Shown here: positions 60,201 through 64,000 of the stretch, piece after piece | Position numbering within the stretch: the stretch's first letter is position 1 | Layout of the letters: each line of letters opens with the position of its first letter | Source: Blasia pusilla | Taxonomy: Eukaryota | NCBI GenBank assembly: GCA_050084515.1 | Contig: CM114271.1 | Coordinates: 2,480,001-2,544,000, forward strand | Direction of reading: 5' to 3' | DNA length: 64,000 nt | Notes under the pieces: model-generated | Told to the model about the DNA's origin: nothing | Database searches by the model: none | Seen by the model: the letters and a program-made list of their open reading frames with translations, nothing else | Made by a program: the position numbers and the translations under genes

Positions 60201-63200
60201 TTGTGAAGGGTGCAATTACGAAACGTATGACCGCTATTGAAGAGATGGCGGGAATGGATGTGCTTTGCAGCGACAAAACAGGAACGTTGACTTTGAATAA
60301 GCTCACCGTCGACAAGAACCTAATTGAGGTAATTTGTTGCGACTTGCACGCTTTTTGCTAATAACTTGCACTGCAACGGATGAAAACTGAGAAGTTAGAA
60401 CACTCTGCAAGTCTTCAAGAGAAGATGAAACTGACGGTTATCAATTGCGCCATCTGACTTAGAAAATACTTTTAATTTGTACTTCCTGAGAATGATGCCA
60501 CCTCGTGCTCTGCTCGACGTACATACGAGTCTGGCATTATTGATCTCGTTAAGCAATATGTATTTTTAACAGTGACACAAATCTATAATCCATCGACATG
60601 AAATTGAATGGTTTTGAGTGCAGATTTTCTGTAAAGGTGTCGACAAAGATACGGTCGTACTGCTTGCTGCAAGAGCTTCAAGAACAGAAAATCAAGACGC
60701 AATTGATGCTGCTATTGTAGGAATGTTGGCTGACCCGAAAGAGGTATGTCAAATTGATTCCGTACAGCCATAATCGAGTGCCTCTGGCTACTTTTTCGAT
60801 GGCTTAATTCTGCATATATTTAAAAGAACTGCCAAGTATGTGGTGTCATACCCTTCGACTACGTAATGCAGGCCCGAGCGAATGTGACAGTAGTTCATTT
60901 TTTGCCATTCAATCCTGTGGACAAACGGACTGCCCTGACATACATCGACGGTGACGGAAATTGGCATCGCGCGAGTAAAGGAGCGCCAGAGCAGGTGGGC
61001 GACGTCAATCAAAATTTGTATGCGATTTTGCTTGGGAATGGAACTTGCAAGTCCCTTGCGTGTACTAACTGTTTACTTTTCGCAGATTTTGGAACTCGCT
61101 CAAAACAAAGATGAAATTGCTACGAGAGTGCACTCAGTGATAGACAAGTTCGCCGAGCGAGGTCTTCGTTCCCTGGCCGTCGCCAAACAGGTACCTGACG
61201 CTGATTTTTACACCATGATAGAAGGTTCTTCCTTCGCGAGAAGAATTCGGAAGAGTTACTAATTCTTTCTTGGTCCCCGTGCATATGGCATGCAGGAAAT
61301 TCCCGAGAAGAATAAGGAAAGTCCCGGGGGTCCGTGGACCTTTGTTGGTCTGATGCCTCTTTTTGACCCGCCACGTCATGATAGTGCCGAAACCATTCGT
61401 CGCGCCCTCAATTTAGGTGTTAGTGTGAAGATGATCACCGGTAAGTCGTGACCTGGATATACGAACGTAAGGCTTGTCCTTCTAACTGGTTGTGGTATGC
61501 CATCCGACTTAGTTGACGTTCCGTAGGCGTGTTGTAATTATCTTTTGGTGACAGTTTTGCAGTCGTACACTGTCCATTCAGGAAGTATAGAGGCCGTGGA
61601 TCACATAATTGGAGAAGTCATTGTTTTTGCGGACTTTTCTCTTCATATTCCGAGATTGAAGTAGCGTATGTTGTCCACACTGGATTCAGGCGACCAACTC
61701 GCAATTGCTAAAGAGACGGGCCGTCGGCTGGGCATGGGAGTAAATATGTACCCTTCCTCATCACTACTAGGAAAGCACAAAGACGAGGCGATTGCTGCGT
61801 TACCTGTGGATGAGTTGATTGAGAAAGCTGATGGATTTGCTGGCGTTTTCCCAGGTATCGTAGGATCTCGTGGGATTCTGAAAATAGAGGATATATGAAA
61901 GACCTGTATGGCTGAATTTATAAGTATTTAAATTTGTGTCTTTTCGATAACATGTAATTACACGCCCAGTCAATCTACCAGATAATTACAATTCTTCATA
62001 GCATCTCGTGGGACTATATGGAAACTTATACCAGGCACGGAATCTTCCCCTGTAGTATTTAAATAATCTGCCAATCGTGAAATAGAGTGAAAGTTTGGTC
62101 ATTCCCGTGTGCTTCCAAGGCAGAACTTCCGTTCAACTGCTCAAACTTCATCTTGATCAAGCGAGAGACAGAAGATGGTAATCCGACAACTAACAAAGTA
62201 AAACATGCGTATGCAGAGCACAAGTATGAAATTGTGAAACGTTTGCAGGAAAAGAAGCACATTTGTGGAATGACGGGGGATGGAGTTAATGACGCACCTG
62301 CGCTAAAAAAGGCTGATATCGGGATTGCAGTAGCAGATGCTACTGATGCTGCCCGAAGTGCTTCGGATATTGTCCTCACAGAGCCGGGTCTGAGTGTGAT
62401 CATTAGTGCAGTTCTCACCAGCCGCGCCATTTTTCAGCGGATGAAGAACTATACTGTAAGTACTCTGTGCTGCAAAAGTGAAGATCGGGATTACTGTAGG
62501 TCTGCTGAGGCGCTAGGTATTTAAAGGCAAGATGTTTGTTTCGTGGTTCGAAGAAGCATTTGACCGTATGTCTAATTTTTGCGATGAACATGTTCGCAGA
62601 TATACGCCGTGTCCATTACCATCCGTATAGTTGTAAGTGTAAATCTTCTTCTAGTAGAGTATTTCGTTTTCATGACCTGTTTACGACGATCTTCCTAGCG
62701 ATGTATTATTGCTTGTATGTTCCGTTTGAGTTCGTCTTGCGATGAATAGAGAAGCAACTTGTGTGTTGTCGGCTGGGATTGATCTGTGGATTTCTCTGAC
62801 CCTTGTGTGTTTACTTCTGTGCAGCTGGGTTTCTTACTTTTGGCTTTAATATGGAAGTTTGACTTCTCACCATTCATGATACTTGTAATTGCCATTCTAA
62901 ACGATGGTGAGTGATATCTCTTTACGTATGTTTTGCGTCGTTGGTTTCCAGTTGAGTTGAATAGGTTGTAGCTTCGCGGCATGGAAAATTCATACTCCCG
63001 AACGCAAAGGGAGAAGTATTTGGAGTAGTATTAACTTCGTTTCCTACAAATCAGGTACCATCATGACGATTTCAAAGGACCGTGTGAAGCCTTCACCATT
63101 ACCAGACAGCTGGAAGCTGAAAGAAATTTTTGCCACAGGCATCGTCATGGGCACTTACCTTGCTGTCATGACAGTTGTATTCTTCTGGCTCATTCACAAG

Positions 63201-64000
63201 ACAGATTTCTTCCCTGTGAGTAACTGGGAAAGTCAACTGGCACTTATGTCCAAACAAATGTCTATTTCCCAAGCAATTTTCCCCTAGTTCTGTAACAAAA
63301 AATCCGTTTCCCCGAGAGTACCGTAGCTTTTTCTCCAGATAGTACTTGCATCAGCAGACTTGGCATTCTTAACAAATTCCTTGATGATAAACGCAGGAGA
63401 AGTTCGGAGTCCGAAATATCAGGAACAGCAATAGTAGAATGACAGCAGCCGTGTATCTGCAAGTCAGTATTGTGAGTCAGGCTCTCATTTTTGTGACCCG
63501 CTCTCGGAGTTGGTCTTTCGTAGAGAGACCAGGACTGCTACTCCTAGTTGCTTTTGGGATTGCGCAGATGGTACGTCTACTTTGCACCCTTTCGATCAAG
63601 AATATTTTCACTCATCCTCCCTCTACGTCTCAAACCTTGGATTAACCCTTTCAGCTACTATAATAGTTTGAAATGCGGTTATGTGCGTCTACTGAACGAC
63701 GATATGTTGGGTCCAATTTAAATATAGCATCTAAATTTACCCTCGCGGAACACACGGGTAGCTGCTGTGTTTAGCTTGCTGCGTTGTGCCAAATCCTGGA
63801 TTTCGGCCTGCCATCGACACCGTTTGTTTTGTGAATCTGAGCGGTGTATCATCGAGATGTTCGCATCGTTTTGAATGCAGGTTGCAACGTTCATTGCGGT
63901 TTATGCAACTTGGGGCTTTGCCAATATCAGAGGCGTTGGGTGGGGATGGGCTGGAATCATTTGGCTCTACAGCATCATATTCTACCTTCCTTTGGATTTG
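57215..64000 (+). CDS. AHA: Plasma-membrane P3A-type H+-ATPase, 3' end beyond the window
   Basis: GT-AG exons: 57215-57295, 57543-57662, 58603-58701, 58828-58965, 59163-59297, 59401-59580, 59806-60012, 60209-60328, 60624-60743, 60872-60994, 61086-61190, 61296-61440, 61690-61854, 62217-62455, 62600-62632, 62825-62906, 63055-63215, 63397-63570, 63881->64000. Motifs [32 protein letters not shown] (Asp codon 60272-60274), [23 protein letters not shown]. The frame stays open across junctions. Paralogue number is not assignable. Confidence 0.98.

Noticed and set aside
59230-62982. Minus-strand ORFs over the H+-ATPase
   Set aside because: Antisense shadows of conserved exons.

Overview
Eukaryotic plant genomic window; the P3A H+-ATPase exon structure and the transposon types suggest a non-seed land plant such as a bryophyte (inference). 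About 55 kb is a nested transposon graveyard: a Copia relic, two related Ty3/Gypsy elements, a CACTA transposase plus an older CACTA relic, a family of hAT-type MITEs with 8-bp TSDs, a tRNA-derived SINE, short Helitron-like elements, an RLE-type non-LTR relic and a decayed PHT4/SLC17 anion-transporter gene. The last ~7 kb holds an intact plasma-membrane H+-ATPase gene, with 19 coding exons visible before it runs off the window end. The standout is the Gypsy element at ~4.1-13.2 kb. Its pol carries a complete DNMT3-like C5 cytosine methyltransferase domain (motifs I, IV, VI, VIII, IX, X in linear order) between protease and reverse transcriptase, and a PHD finger at the integrase C-terminus. 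A second, more decayed copy at ~44.7-49.8 kb keeps methyltransferase motif I in the same position, so this is a family trait. All domain calls come from manual translation and remembered consensus motifs; no searches were run.
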